Source: Octopus sinensis (taxonomy: Eukaryota). From it: DNA of 64,000 nt. Within the stretch, counting starts at the first letter, position 1; each line of letters begins with the position of its first letter. The notes below the pieces were generated by a model. The model did no database searches and was not told the DNA's origin. It saw only the letters and a program-made list of their open reading frames with translations. Shown piece by piece: positions 13,296 to 25,905 of this stretch. Made by a program: the position numbers and the translations under genes. The stretch is taken from positions 58,776,001-58,840,000 of the forward strand of contig NC_043002.1 in the NCBI RefSeq assembly GCF_006345805.1. The letters are read 5' to 3'.

Positions 13296-13630
13296 TAGTG
13301 GTTCTCATCCAGGGTCCATATAAGAATTGGAGGTAGGGGTGGGGGCATGCAACAAAAACAGTAAATTAGGGATCCAAAACAGTATTTTAAGGGCCCCTGA
13401 AAAAATTTTGCTTTATGTGTATGTTGGTTTGTGTTGTAAGAAACAGCTATGTTTCTTTCTCCAACATTTTACATAATTCAATCTATACAAGTTAATGTGT
13501 GAAAAACAAAATTGAATTTTGAAAGAAGTATCTATAAAACTAGTTTTTAAACATCAAATGGCCATAGGGTCTACCAGAATAAAATAATTGTCAAAGGGGT
13601 CCATAGATTAAAAATGGCTGAGAACCCCTG
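13296..13630. mobile_element. hAT-type MITE
   Basis: Ends tagtggttctcatcc and tggctgagaacccctg match the CAGTGGTTCTCAACC TIR family seen at 10231, 52022-52042 and 54728. Confidence 0.6.
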
Positions 13631-14509
13631 CCGTAAGTGGTTCCCTGTGATCTTAATGAGTAACATGACCATTTACATTTTGATAAAAAGAATGAATTAA
13701 ACCAATGAATCTCAGACTCCATTGCCTGGCTAGTTGATAGGTCATTTACTCATCTCTTTGAGAAGTTTCTCTGCAACAAAATATTACAGTCAGTACTGTT
13801 GCACATTGTACACATCAGTAATCTTAATCTAAAGCTGTTTCCATGGTGTATATAAATTTACTGCTTTGGTCTATCTTTGGAGCATTCCAAAATCCAAATA
13901 ATCTACAACTTATAGAAATTATATCCCACCAAATAATTTGAACTCAAGACCACTGAACTAGAACACCAATGCTATATCCATTCAGTCATTTTGATTCTAC
14001 TCACCTACAGCCATATATTGGTGAAGAATTAACAAGACAGGATCATTGCTATGGATACAGAATAATGGTTGGGTTACTTCCTGTGGTATTCTTAGATGCT
14101 CTACAGATTTTTTTATTGATAGGTCGTTATTTCCCTTGTTGGAAATTGATTACAATAAATGTTTGTCTTCAGGCATGCATGGAGAAGGAGGCTTTGCTGT
14201 GAGATTCCCTGTGGTACTGCAGAACTTGGATATTGATGTGCAATGCTCATTGTGATATCCCTTCATCTATGGATGATAGTACCTGGATAGCAGTCTAGTG
14301 TTGGTCATTGCCCTTTAATATGAATCCACTCTAACCAGCTAAGAAGGCATTCCACTTCCTTTCTTTTCTTCCTAGGATCACAAATAACATGTGACCAACC
14401 AGCCAGCCACCAATCAACTTAACTCAATAAACCAACCCCCGACATCAAATATTTCTTATTCAGTGACTTATCATTATTAACCTTGAGGATTAAAAACATC
14501 ATTCACTCT

Positions 14510-14680
14510 GCAAGGCAGCAAGCTAGCAGAATCGTTAGCATGCCGGGCGAAATGCTCAGCAGTATTTCATCTGTCTTTACATTCTGAGTTCAAATTCCGT
14601 TGAGTTCGACTTTGCCGTTCATCCTTTTGGGGTCAATAAATTAGGTACCAGTTGCGTACTGGAGTCGATCTAATCGACTT
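14510..14680 (+). mobile_element. Nin/Deu-core tRNA-SINE
   Basis: aaggcagcaagctagcagaa...gagttcaaattcc...ttcatccttttggggtcaataaattaggtaccag. Confidence 0.8.
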
Positions 14681-14774
14681 TTGAAACAAACCTGCCTGAG
14701 ATCACCCTTGATGCTATGATACAAACTTCTTGTTGTAAAGTGATCTAAAGTAAATCCTTCCATCAAAATATTCT

Positions 14775-15155
14775 TTTATTCTTTTACTCGTTTCAGTCAT
14801 TTGACTGGGGTCATGCTGGAGCACTGCCATTTAGTCGAAGAAACTGACCCCTGGACTTATTCTTTGTAAGCCTGGTACTTATTTTATTGGTCTCTTCTGC
14901 AGAACTGCTAAGTTATCGGGACGTAAACACACCAACATTGGTTGTCAAGCAATGGTGAGGGGGGTGGGCAAACACAGACACTAAGACACACGCATAAACA
15001 CAGACATATATATATACAACGGGCTTCTTTTAGTTTCCATCTACCAAATCTGCTCACAAGGTTTTGGCCGACCCAAGGCTATAGCAGACGACACTTGCCC
15101 ATGATGCCACACAATGGGACTGAACCCGGAACCATGTGGTTGGGAAGCAAGCTTC
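14775..15155 (-). mobile_element. tRNA-derived SINE family A (the most abundant SINE here)
   Basis: Homologous to the near-consensus copy at 36470-36880. Confidence 0.85.
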
Positions 15156-15744
15156 GCGTCTGCTAATTTATGTTGTGAACATCAGCTTAATAATGACAGT
15201 TACTAGGACTAAATTTTTCATTATTTTTGAAATTACTTAGTGAAGGAAAAACATTTGGAATTTGGTGGTAGTGGTAGTAGTGGTGGTGGACTATGTGAGA
15301 GAATTTATGCGTTATCTTTCTCTCGGTGATAGACTAGAAGCATTTCTATTGATAAAAATATATCATATATCTTTTAGCTTTTACATGTTTTCAGTGATTG
15401 GACTGTGGCCATGCTAAGGCACTGCTTTGAAAGGTTTAATCAACAAATCATTCCCAATCCTTATTTTTTTGTTTTACGTCTGGTACTCATTCTCTTTTGT
15501 CAGACCACTAGGTTATGGGGATGTAAACAAACCAACATTGTCAAATAGTGGGGGTAGGAACAACACAAACACATACATATATATCTGATACCTCCACACA
15601 GTTTTTTCTGCTACCAAATTTGCAAGGCAACCTGGGACTATAGCAGAAGACATTGACCCAAGGTGCCAAGCAATGGAACTGAAACAGAAACCATAAGATT
15701 GCAAAGCCAGCTTCTAAACTATACAGACATGCCCATGCTGATCC

Positions 15745-16160
15745 TCTTAGTCTTTTACATGCTTCAGTCATTTGATTGTGACCATACTGGAGCACCACCT
15801 TCAAGGGTTTTAGTTGAAGAAATTGATCCCAGGATTTATTCATTGCAAGCTTAGTACTTTTTCTGTCGGTTCCTTTTGCCAAACCAGTAAGCTATGAGGA
15901 CGTAAACACACCAACACTGGTTTTCACGTGATGGTGGGGAGGGGGACAAACACAGACACAAAGACACACATACATATACACACACATTTACACAGATATA
16001 CACACACACAAGCACACACATATGACAGGCTTCTTTCAGTTTCTGTCTACCAAATTCACTTGCAAGGCTTTGGTTAGCCCGAGGCTATAGTAGAAGGCAC
16101 TAACCCAAGATGCCACACAGTGGGACTGAACCCGGAACTATGTGGTTGGGAAGTAAGCTT
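15745..16160 (-). mobile_element. SINE family A
   Basis: Same body with an internal (CA)n spacer; head at about 16160. Confidence 0.8.
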
Positions 16161-16181
16161 CTTACCACACAGCCACATGCC

Positions 16182-16255
<74 letters not shown>

Positions 16256-17339
16256 CGCAAACACTAACTATATTGCCAACAGCAGATCTGTTGGCATGAT
16301 GTTACTCAGTTTTAATTGCAAAATGAGAGCAGCACCGGAAAAAAGTAATAAATAAATAATCAAAAAGAATTATAATTTGTGTGTGCGTGTGTATGTGTGT
16401 GTATGCTTAAAGATATCTGCTTCATCATAGAAAAATCCTGATTGCATGCATTTTTAGATAAACATGTGACACAAATAATTATTTACATTTTCTACATTCA
16501 TTGGTTTTTTTTTTATGTGGCTTTTCTGTGTTTTTTTTCTTCAGAGTTAGCACAATTTACAGTTCAGTCAGTAAAAAAAAATCACATCTCATGAACCTGA
16601 TAACTTTATTGAACTCTCTCTCAGAGAGTAGCACGAAACAGATGTAACCAAATGCAGTCTTTAACATAAACATAAACCCATCCAACTCACTGTCTGTGTG
16701 TGTATGTGAGAAAGAGAGAGAGAGAGAGAGAGTGTGTATGCCTGTGTATGTGTGTGACTGTGTATGTGTGTGTGTATTTGTGTGTGATTATGTGCATGTG
16801 TGCATATGAGTGTTCAAATGTGTGTGAAGGTGTGTGTGTGTATGTGTAGGTGAGTGTTCGAATGTCTGTGTGAGTGTGTGCCTGCATGTGGGTGGTGTAT
16901 GTGTGAGTGTGTATGAAGGTGTGTGTGTGTGTGCGTCTGTGTGTGAACTAAGTGAGCAACATCCTATGATAGGAATGGGTGGGTATATAATTCTGTAAAG
17001 GTGAGTGAGTAAAAAAAAAACACACAGAAAACCACAAAAACAAACCTCACCAGTGCCTGGTATCTCTATCCACGAGACATTTCCGGGACAACTTTAACAA
17101 AAACCAGTAACCCTATTTGAAATGTCTACACTTAGTTACTTTGGTTGTTCTACAAAATGTGACAACATAATTTACTTTAAAGTGATAGCATGTTGTCAAC
17201 TTAATGTTGCAGTCCCATAAAAGGGGAGAATGCTATGGTTATTTAGCCCTAGGAAACGCCATTTATTGTTGAACTTGACACATTTCCTGTGTCGTGTTTT
17301 CAAAGTGGAGACAAGCACCTCCACCCAGCAAAGCCAGCA

Positions 17340-17382
17340 TCCAGAGACTAGTTTCAGAGTCATTGCTCATCATCAGTCTGGA
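17340..17382 (-). ncRNA. Minimal type-I hammerhead ribozyme motif (Penelope-like pLTR type)
   Basis: Minus strand reads TCCAGA-CTGATGA-tgag caatga ctct-GAA-ACTAGT-C-TCTGGA: perfect 6-bp stem I, intact core, palindromic stem III, GUC triplet. The stem II junction is imperfect. Confidence 0.78.
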
Positions 17383-17475
17383 GTAGCATGGCTTGCTAGC
17401 TGTCGATGCCTAACTGCCTTTGAAAATACATGTATTTCGAGTGAAATACATTCACTGATTTTTGAAAATAGAAGT

Positions 17476-17552
17476 AATATATTTCTAAATCTCTGAGATT
17501 TATCGTGCTGCTACTGCATCATAAATCTCTCTGTGAGATTTAGAAATATATT
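17476..17552. repeat. Short nested palindrome / hairpin
   Basis: aatatatttctaaatctc ... gagatttagaaatatatt (18-bp arms) with inner gagatttat/ataaatctc. Confidence 0.8.
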
Positions 17553-19639
17553 ATTTTTATAATTTACTCTGTTTGGATATTTGGCAAAGACTTGTTCTAG
17601 CAGAAAGGAAATGTAGTTTCCCATTCAATCCACTGCAGACCCACCAACCCTAACATTTTTTTTTCTTTTGCAAAAGATGTTGGAGATGTCTGATCAGTCA
17701 ACCCTTCCCTGTTCTATTCTACCCAGTAAATGCTCTTCTCTTTCTCTCTCTCTCTCTTTCTCTCCTCATTTAATATCCATTTTTCTATGGAATTTATTGA
17801 GGCAAATTTTTCTATGGTCAGATTCCTTTCCTGTCATCAACCCTCACCTGCTTCCAGACATGTTTTCATGGATGAGTGGAAACAAAGGATAATGCTTGTC
17901 CATAAGATGCTCTACTCCATCAATTGTCTCCCCCCACCACCAACATTTCATCCCTTAACACTCATCACTTCCTCTGTCACCTGAGAGCAGAAAAGGCACA
18001 TACTACACACCCCTGGCTTTCTCAGTTACCTTTCGTCCCCCCCCAGTTACCATCTCCCCCAACCTGCCTACTGTCTCCACCAATCACCTTCTCTCCTTTC
18101 TCTATCATCAACTCCTCACTTAACTGCTATCACTCTCAATGCTCTCTACTACAACCTCTTCCCTTCAGCCTCTCCTATCTCTCTCAATATTTCTCTCCAT
18201 CATTTGCTACAGTCACCCCATCCTGCCCACTCTATATCGCCACCCTCTATATCGCCCACCTATTCTCACCACCCTCAATGTCCCTTGAGGGCATGTCCTG
18301 GTACATCCCTGTCATCATCTCTCTCACTCTCACTTCCTTTATCTTACACTCCAACTTGCTTTCCTTTGTTTTCTGGGGTATCCAAGTGGCTACTCTTCAG
18401 CGAGGCACCTATACCTGTCCCCTCTATACCTTAAATCTCTCAACTGGCACAAAGCTGCACCACCTCAATGCTACTCCCCCACCTTCTAGTTGAGGGGTTC
18501 TTGTCTTGCAAAGTACTTGATGACCCTGATGATGATGGTGCCACATGAAAAGCACTGGTGTGAGTGCCATGTAAAAAGCATCCAGTGAAGTAGTTGGCAT
18601 TATGAAGGGCACCCAGCCATAGAGACCATGCCAAAACAAACTATGGAACTTGGTGTGGCCCCTGACCATACCAGCTCCTGTCAAACCATCCAACCCATGC
18701 CAGCATAGAAATAAATACAAGGCTTCAAAAAAAGCAAAGTATCTGGGTCGGTTCATTTGACTAAAAATTCTTCTAGGTAGTGCCCCAGCTTGGCCATAGT
18801 CTAATGACTGAAACAAGTAAAATATAAAAGATATTCTGATAGCATTAAACACCAAAACTTCAATTAAACTCTGCTCCCGTTTTCAAAGGCTGACCTACAT
18901 TTATGGTGCCCTGTGTGGGGGAAGAAACAAATGTAACCCTATCATGTGACGCCAGTGAGACCAAAGTGCCACTCTTGGCTAAGTTGGCATATTAGTAATA
19001 ACCTGATGGAATTATCCCTTCAGGAAATGTTTGAAATATCAATAGGAAATGTGGAGAGCAGCAGAGAAAGTGCATTTTAGATGAAAACTAACTGCACTTC
19101 ACATTCATTCGACCAATGTCAAAATGGAGAAATGATTGTCAAATTAAACAATAATGAGGATGACATGATAAAATAACAAATAAACAAACAAAAAAAAAAG
19201 AAATATTTTTCACTGTCATTTCAGCATTAACCCTTTTATTATCATATTTCTGTTGAAATGCACTCACTTTGTTTCAATCAATTTGGAAAATGATAAAGAA
19301 TTTTGTAAAATAACCATAATTATTTAGCTGGTGCTTGGAACAAAGCAACATGAGGTTTTGATTGAAGGTTTTAATTTAGATCACAACCCTTTTGTTACAA
19401 CATTTCTATATTTGTTTGATAAATTTTGAAAACTACTGAAGAATTTAGTAAAATAATTTTGTCATTATTCATCTAGTGCTGATGTTTGGAAATTAAATTA
19501 ACATGAAATTTTAATGGAAGTTTATATCACAGAACATAGGTTGGTACTGAAAGAGCTAACAGATAGTGTTTGGGAGGTTGTCTGGCAGTAAAAGAATTCT
19601 TTAACCATTCCATTTCAATATCTAAAATTTCAGAACTAC

Positions 19640-20055
19640 ACCAATGCCAATGCTGCCTCACTGGCACCCGTGTAAAAAGCACCATTTGAGCATGGCTGAC
19701 GCTAGTGCCACCTGACTGGCACCCATACTAGTGGCACATAAAAAGCACTATTCAAGTGTAGCCGATGCCAGTGCTGTTTGACTGGCTCCCATGCTAGTGG
19801 CATGTAAAAAAGCACCCTTTCAACGTGGCTGATGCCAGTACTGCTTGACTGGCTCCTGTGCTGGTGGCATGTAAAAATCATCCACTACACTCTTAGAGTG
19901 GTTGACGTTAGGAAGGGCATCCAGCTGTAGAAACCATGCCAGATCAGACTGGAGCCTGCAGTCAACCCATGCAGTCAACCCTGCAGTCAACCCAAGCCGT
20001 CCAACCCATGCCAGCATGGAAAGTGGACATTAAACGACGATGATGATGATGATGA
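19640..20055 (+). mobile_element. SINE-like family C, (GAT)n-tailed
   Basis: Repeated gtggcacgtaaaaagcac blocks, gtggttgacgttaggaagggcatccagctgtagaaac core and tail ...cattaaacgacgatgatgat. Confidence 0.8.
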
Positions 20056-22029
20056 TACAAAGCATGCTCACTTAGAACTTAATCTTAATTTCTTTAAAAA
20101 TTAAGAAAACCCTTTTTTTAAAAATTCATACATTGGTGCAAGAGTAGTAGTTTAGTAAGAAGCCTGCTTCCCAACCACATGATCCCAGGTTCAATTCTAC
20201 TACATGACACTTTCAGCAAGTGTCTTCTACGACAGCCCTGAACTGATCAAAGCCTTGTGAGTGGATTTGGCAGATTTAAATAGAAAGAAGCTTACCATGT
20301 GTGTGTGTGTGTGTGTGTGTGTGTCCTTGTCTTGACATTGCATGGTAGTTGTAAATGAGTGTCACTGTCATACAAGCAGTGTCAATTATTTCCAGACATC
20401 AGATTAATGTGACAAAGTATTGTCCAGGCCTTGCCTAACACCGCAAACACACCATCTGAGTCACTAACCTGCCCCACTTCAAACCCTTTCAAAGAAACAA
20501 ATGTTCCAGTACCATTCCCGGCAATACAATACAGTACCAGTGATATGGTAGACACATACATACTTAAACCTCTTAATCCCAAGAGCTGCTACTTGAACCA
20601 CTAAGCTTGCTCTTTGCAATAATTGCTACAAATATCCTGGCTAAGATTAAGCTAACTTCACTCTCCATTGTTAACAAACAACATCAATTAACTACAAGCA
20701 GCTGATTTGAAATGTCAAATATTCTTTTAGATCTCTCTCTCTTCTGTCTCTTGAGTGTTGTTATAACATTCTACTTATGGCTGACTGGCTAACTGTCTCA
20801 TTCAAAGTGAAGATTATGATATACACCTTATGAAAAACACTAATTACTCTTTCTCTCTAACATCACTTGTAATCCTTTGGCAAAGGGCCCTTTTTCTCTC
20901 TTTCTCTCTCTTAAATAAAATGGCATTTTTACCGCAGGGCTTCCGAGTACATGTAATGCAAATGCTAACTGTTTTGCTAAACCCCTAAGGTGCTTTATAT
21001 CCTTCATCCTTAGCTGATTTTATGGTACAATATTAACCCTTTACAATATTAACCAAGGCAGTGAGCTAACAGAATTGTTAGCACATCGGGTGAAATGCTT
21101 ACCGGTATTTCGTCTGTCTTTACAATCTGAGTTCAAATTCTGCCAAGGTTGACTTTGCCTTTCATTCTTTCAAGGTCAATAAATTAAGTACCAGTTGCAT
21201 ACTGGGATAAATCTAATCGACTAGCCCCTTCCCCCAAAACATTTCAGGCCTTGTGCCTAGATTAAAAAAGAATATTAACCCTTTAGTATTTAACTCTTTC
21301 AAGCTGGGTGGTACAAATAAAGTACCACTTATTTGTATCAGTTTAATGAGTGGTGGTACATATTGAAACTTAAAATTCTTTTCACTGCAGGGTTGGTAGC
21401 TCAGAAAACATACCACTTCATCTATCAGTGAATCAGAAGCTACCCTTACATCTGGCAACAATATCTGCAACACAAATGAAATATTTTTTCACTTGAATCC
21501 ATTTTTTGTGCCAAAGGTCAGTCGAGGAAAAAACAAGAGTACAAATTTTTGTTATAAATTTTTGCCCTTCTAGAGTTTTCTTTTTTCTTATTTTTGGCAT
21601 ATCTATCTCACTCCTGAAACACTTAAACCTGCCATGTCCAGCCCAAATATTCCACCTGTTTTATGTTCAAACCAGTCAGATCTGGTCTATCACACCTATC
21701 ATACAAGGTCATTCTAAAAATAAGTATTCACATCATTAAAATTTCAAAGCTATGAGAGAGATAATGTATGATTAATTGGAAACAGCATGATTAAATAAGT
21801 ATTAGATCTGATAGAGTAATTTAAATTCTAAAGGCTTAATGGAAGATACACTTCCTCCTTGACAGGCTGCTTTTGCCAAAACAAATAAGATTTCTCAATT
21901 AATGAGTACCGCTTCACTGCAGTGAATTGAATTGAGGTGATGCACAATAAAAAGCTAATGCCAACACAGCCAATGAAATGCTTGCAATAGATTTGAATTT
22001 GCAGCATATGAGTAAATAGACCAATACTT

Positions 22030-22163
22030 AGTCCACTTTGACCATCTCACTCCTACACTGGTTTCGGTTGATTTACTCTCCATCTTTCATGAGGTGTCCT
22101 AGTAGAATTTTGAACCCAACCTTGGGTTCTCATTTATAAGGTATTTTTTTTTTTTGCTGATGC

Positions 22164-22200
<37 letters not shown>
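22030..22200 (-). mobile_element. Headless copy of hammerhead-tailed SINE (family H)
   Basis: Reverse: gagaacccaaggttgggttcaaaattctactag-gacac-ctcatgaa-agatg...caacc-gaaac. Confidence 0.7.
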
Positions 22201-22207
<7 letters not shown>

Positions 22208-22635
22208 GATCAAGTACCTGATTGTCTTAGTAGACTATCATACTGTCACTAGGAAAAAAAAACACAAAGGATTGTCTTATCTCTTGTTTCCTTGCCCTCA
22301 AGTCATGAAGCCAGCGGGAATCATCATCATCATCATCTAACATCTTTGTTCCATACTGGCATGGGTGGAATGCATTGACAGGATCCGATGGATCCAAAGA
22401 TTGCATCATGCTCCAGTGTCTGTTTTGGCATGGTTTCCATGGCTGGATGCACTTCTTAATGCCAACCACTTTATGGCATGTGCTGGGTCCTTTTATCACA
22501 CCACCAGCACTAATGAGGTCAACGAGCAGCTCATAAGACTATGAAACCCGGGAGCAGGGGAAGGGATCTTTTATGCAAAGAGATGAAGAGTTTAAGTATG
22601 AAAGAAGAGAGGGAGCAAAATGCTAGTAGTTTTTT

Positions 22636-22917
22636 CTGTTCTATATTTTAGAGATGAAGAACTCTGTACATTATTTACATTGGACAGATTTTTGTCCTCA
22701 TCTTGTTTGTTGTTACCACAACGTTTTGGCTGATTTACTTTCCAGCCTTCATCGTATGTCTTGGTAGAATTTTGAACCCAACCCTGGGTTCTCATTCCTA
22801 AGGTAATTTTTTTGTTGTTGATGTTATTATTATTATTATTATTTGTTCAAGGCACTACCTGGAATTGAACTCAGAATCTGGGGGTTAGTAGCCCGTGCTC
22901 TTAACCATTATGCTATA
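22636..22917 (-). mobile_element. Hammerhead-tailed tRNA-SINE (family H), full copy
   Basis: tRNA-like head (atagcataatggttaagagcacggg...gagttcaattccagg), (AAT)n spacer, decayed hammerhead and ...aatatagaacag end. Confidence 0.8.
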
Positions 22918-22920
22918 TAT

Positions 22921-23092
22921 ATAATAATAATAATAACATCGGCAAAAAAAAAAATCTTAGGAATGAGAGCCCAGGGTTAGGTTCAAAATTCTACCAGGAC
23001 ACCTGATGAAGGATGGAGAGTGAACCAGCCAATATATTGTGATAACAACAAACAAAATGAGGACACATATCCGTCCAAGGTAAATAATGTAA
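22921..23092 (+). mobile_element. Headless family H copy, head-to-head with 22636-22917
   Basis: (AAT)n...ttaggaatgagagcccagg...gacacctgatgaaggatgg...ccgtccaaggtaaataatgt. Confidence 0.75.
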
Positions 23093-24818
23093 ATAACATA
23101 GTAGAAGAGAGCAAGAGAACAATTATATGGTTATTCACATTTAGCGGGGGCGGGGGGAGAAAGAGAGGGAGAATGATTGATAGGAGCATTAACTCTAAAA
23201 GCTTCTTGGAAATTAGAAAACATTTCCATTTCTATTAGAATGCAACCACATGGATAAAATATGCTGAGTTGCAAAATCATTAACATGTCCCAATAACTCT
23301 AAATAAATACAGGGATTAAGGAATTTTGGTTTCTTATTTCTTTTCTGCCCAGCCTCATCCCACCTACTCCATGCTGGTTTGTAAGGAACAGCATCCGCAT
23401 TATCACCATCATCATTTATCATCCATTTTCCATGCTGGCGAGGGTTAGACAGTTTGACAGGAGAGAGCTGGCAAACCAGAGAGCTACACCTGGTTCCAAT
23501 TGTCTGTCTTGGCATGAGGGCAAATATCCATCAAAATGTAAATAATGTAAAAAAACTTATAGCCACTTCTAATCTTCAACTCCACCCACGATTTCTTTCC
23601 TCTGAATTTACACAAAAAATTCCTCCTGTTTTACCAATTCCTTGCACACTTCTAAGGCCCTGTTCTCCATACTATTCCACACTGATTCATTATTAATAAA
23701 TTAACAAAAGCAAAAACTGTCATTAATTAATTATTATTCCAGAAAAAAAAAGCCCACAAAAAAAAAATGCATTGACCCTCTTAGGAAAACAGATGACCTT
23801 ATCTTAGCAGGATAAACTGCTATGCTTTTAGACTTAGAAATGTCAAATATACGACTGGCATGGTTCTTTATATATCATTAGCCTTTCCTAGGAGTCAACC
23901 CCCCGAGCCTTTGTCTCACATCTTTTAAGCTAATACAATTTTCACCATGAGTCAAAGTGTCTTGTTTATTCACCCATCACCATGTTGTGTTACTGGCAAA
24001 GTGACATACTTCTCACTGGCTTACTCTACTAAACAGCAAATAGATTCTACTGTTGTAGGAAAGTACAAGCTACCCATGAGTGACAATCTGATCTTTTATA
24101 TTTTATTTGTCTTGATCATTGGACTGCAGCCATGCCGGAGCACTTCTTTGGAGACTTATAGTCAAACAAATCAACTTCAGTACTTGCTTGTTTTAGCTTG
24201 GTACTTATTCTATCAGTCACTTTTTGTCAAACTGCTAAGTTACATTTCAACATCTGACATGTGGCACACTGTACACCTATACAGGCAATGTCAATTTTAC
24301 AGAGGGAGAGAGCCTATGTGCAGCACAACCTTTTGACCGTTATGGACGAAGCATCTGCACAGGTTGTTCAACGAAAATTTGTAGAACTCATCTTTCTTGG
24401 ATTAAGAGCCAACCCCGAATATGATGGATTACAAGACTGTGAACCCATGGGTATGTGGAGGCACACCAATGTCAATATAGTGAATGTGTGGATGAGTATA
24501 AACACACACACACACACATTTGCATGCATGCACATCTGTATACTACATATATAGTATACTCTGTGTGTGTGTGTGATATACATAAAAAATCTGCAGTTCA
24601 AACTGTATTTATTTTTAAATATTTTTGAATGCTTATTCTGCTGAGGTCGACTTTGTCTTTCATCCTTTCGGTGTCGATAAATTAAGTACCAGTTGCATAC
24701 TGGGGGTGATCTACTCAACTGGTCCCCTCCCCCCAAATTTCAGGCTTTGTGCCTAGAGTAGAGAAGAATATTTTTGAATGCTAGATACTTCAGTTTCATG
24801 AGGGAAAGAATAATCTAA

Positions 24819-25347
24819 CCCCTAACCTAGCAAAGATGAGTTAACTCGTCTTCACCGAATTTGTCTTTTTCAGAGTGCAACAAGTAAACTTGTCCAAAGC
24901 ATAGAATTTAAAAAACAGCCACAGATGAGTTTATATGCCAATTTCCGGCATTTCTCATTTTTGTCTGCTTTTTTTTTTTTACAAATTACACACAGATGTC
25001 GAGCACAGGAAAATAAATATATTAAAAAAAAAAAGATTTTTGAGCAGACAGGCTGAAAAAAAAAAAAGAGTAAAATAAATGTGTAATTCCCCATTACTTT
25101 TGATGATAAGGCTGGAAAAGAAAAAAAGCAATAAATGAAAAAATATTTTTAAAATATGGAAAGACGAGTTATCTTGTTTTTGGCGAAAATGGTATCTTCA
25201 AAATAAAATTTCAAATAAAATATTGGAAATAGATAAAAACAAAAGTTATTTCCATAATCAGCATTAAAAATATTATTAAAAAAAAAACAATAAAAAAATT
25301 TGTCTGAAAAGGAAACGTTTTCTCAAAAGAAATTTCCTGGGTAGGGG
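24819..25347. mobile_element. piggyBac-like non-autonomous element
   Basis: Termini cccctaacc and gggtagggg flanked by ctaa/ttaa. Ends 48 bp from the exon donor. Confidence 0.5.
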
Positions 25348-25395
25348 TTAAAAAGAAATATTGTGAGAAAGATAAGGTTTACTTATTTTACCTAC

Positions 25396-25498
25396 CTTTT
25401 AGAGCAATGAGAGGGTGTGATGGGTTCATTATTAAAGAATCTGCAAATGTAGAACCAGCATATATCTTTGTACCTTCTCGGGGATTCAGTACAGTGAC
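25396..25498 (-). CDS. Exon (103 nt, phase 0/1) of the clathrin heavy chain-like gene
   Basis: Acceptor aactttctcttacag, then VTVLNPREGTKIYAGSTFADSLIMNPSHPLIALK+g, then donor GTAGGT. Matches CHC residues 50-84 (VVIIDM...SADSAIMNPASKVIALKA). Confidence 0.93.
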
Positions 25499-25768
25499 CT
25501 GTAAGAGAAAGTTTAAGAAAATGTAAGCATTAAAGCGATAGGAAATATATAAAGACTAGAGTGATACCCTACTTATGATGGGAAGTGTACTTTTGCCACC
25601 ATGGGGTCATATTAGGAAATATGGGATACGTGCAATAATTACAGTTGAAATTTCTCGGTGCTTTATACATATATATATATATATATATACATCTAATATA
25701 GGATAAAATTTTTCGAAAAAAATTCTATCAATGGCCAGCATATCAAAAAATACCTCTAAAGGTTAAAT

Positions 25769-25883
25769 TTATAAACAAGGGCAAAAGAAAAAAATTTTAA
25801 TGTCAAATGTGCCGAAAATAGATTTAAGTCTATTTTCGGCGTATTTGGCATTAGAATTTTTTTTCTTTTGCTCTTGTTTATAA
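25769..25883. repeat. 115-bp imperfect palindrome (hairpin / MITE)
   Basis: ttataaacaagggcaaaag...gccgaaaataga | tctattttcggc...cttttgctcttgtttataa. Confidence 0.88.
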
Positions 25884-25905
25884 GTTGTGTGTATATATAT
25901 ATATT

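Larger units (their letters stand above)
10096..25395 (-). other. GT-AG intron, 15,300 bp, phase 1
   Basis: Splits the Ala codon of ...IALK-A-NLRF, equivalent to CHC A84. Confidence 0.85.
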
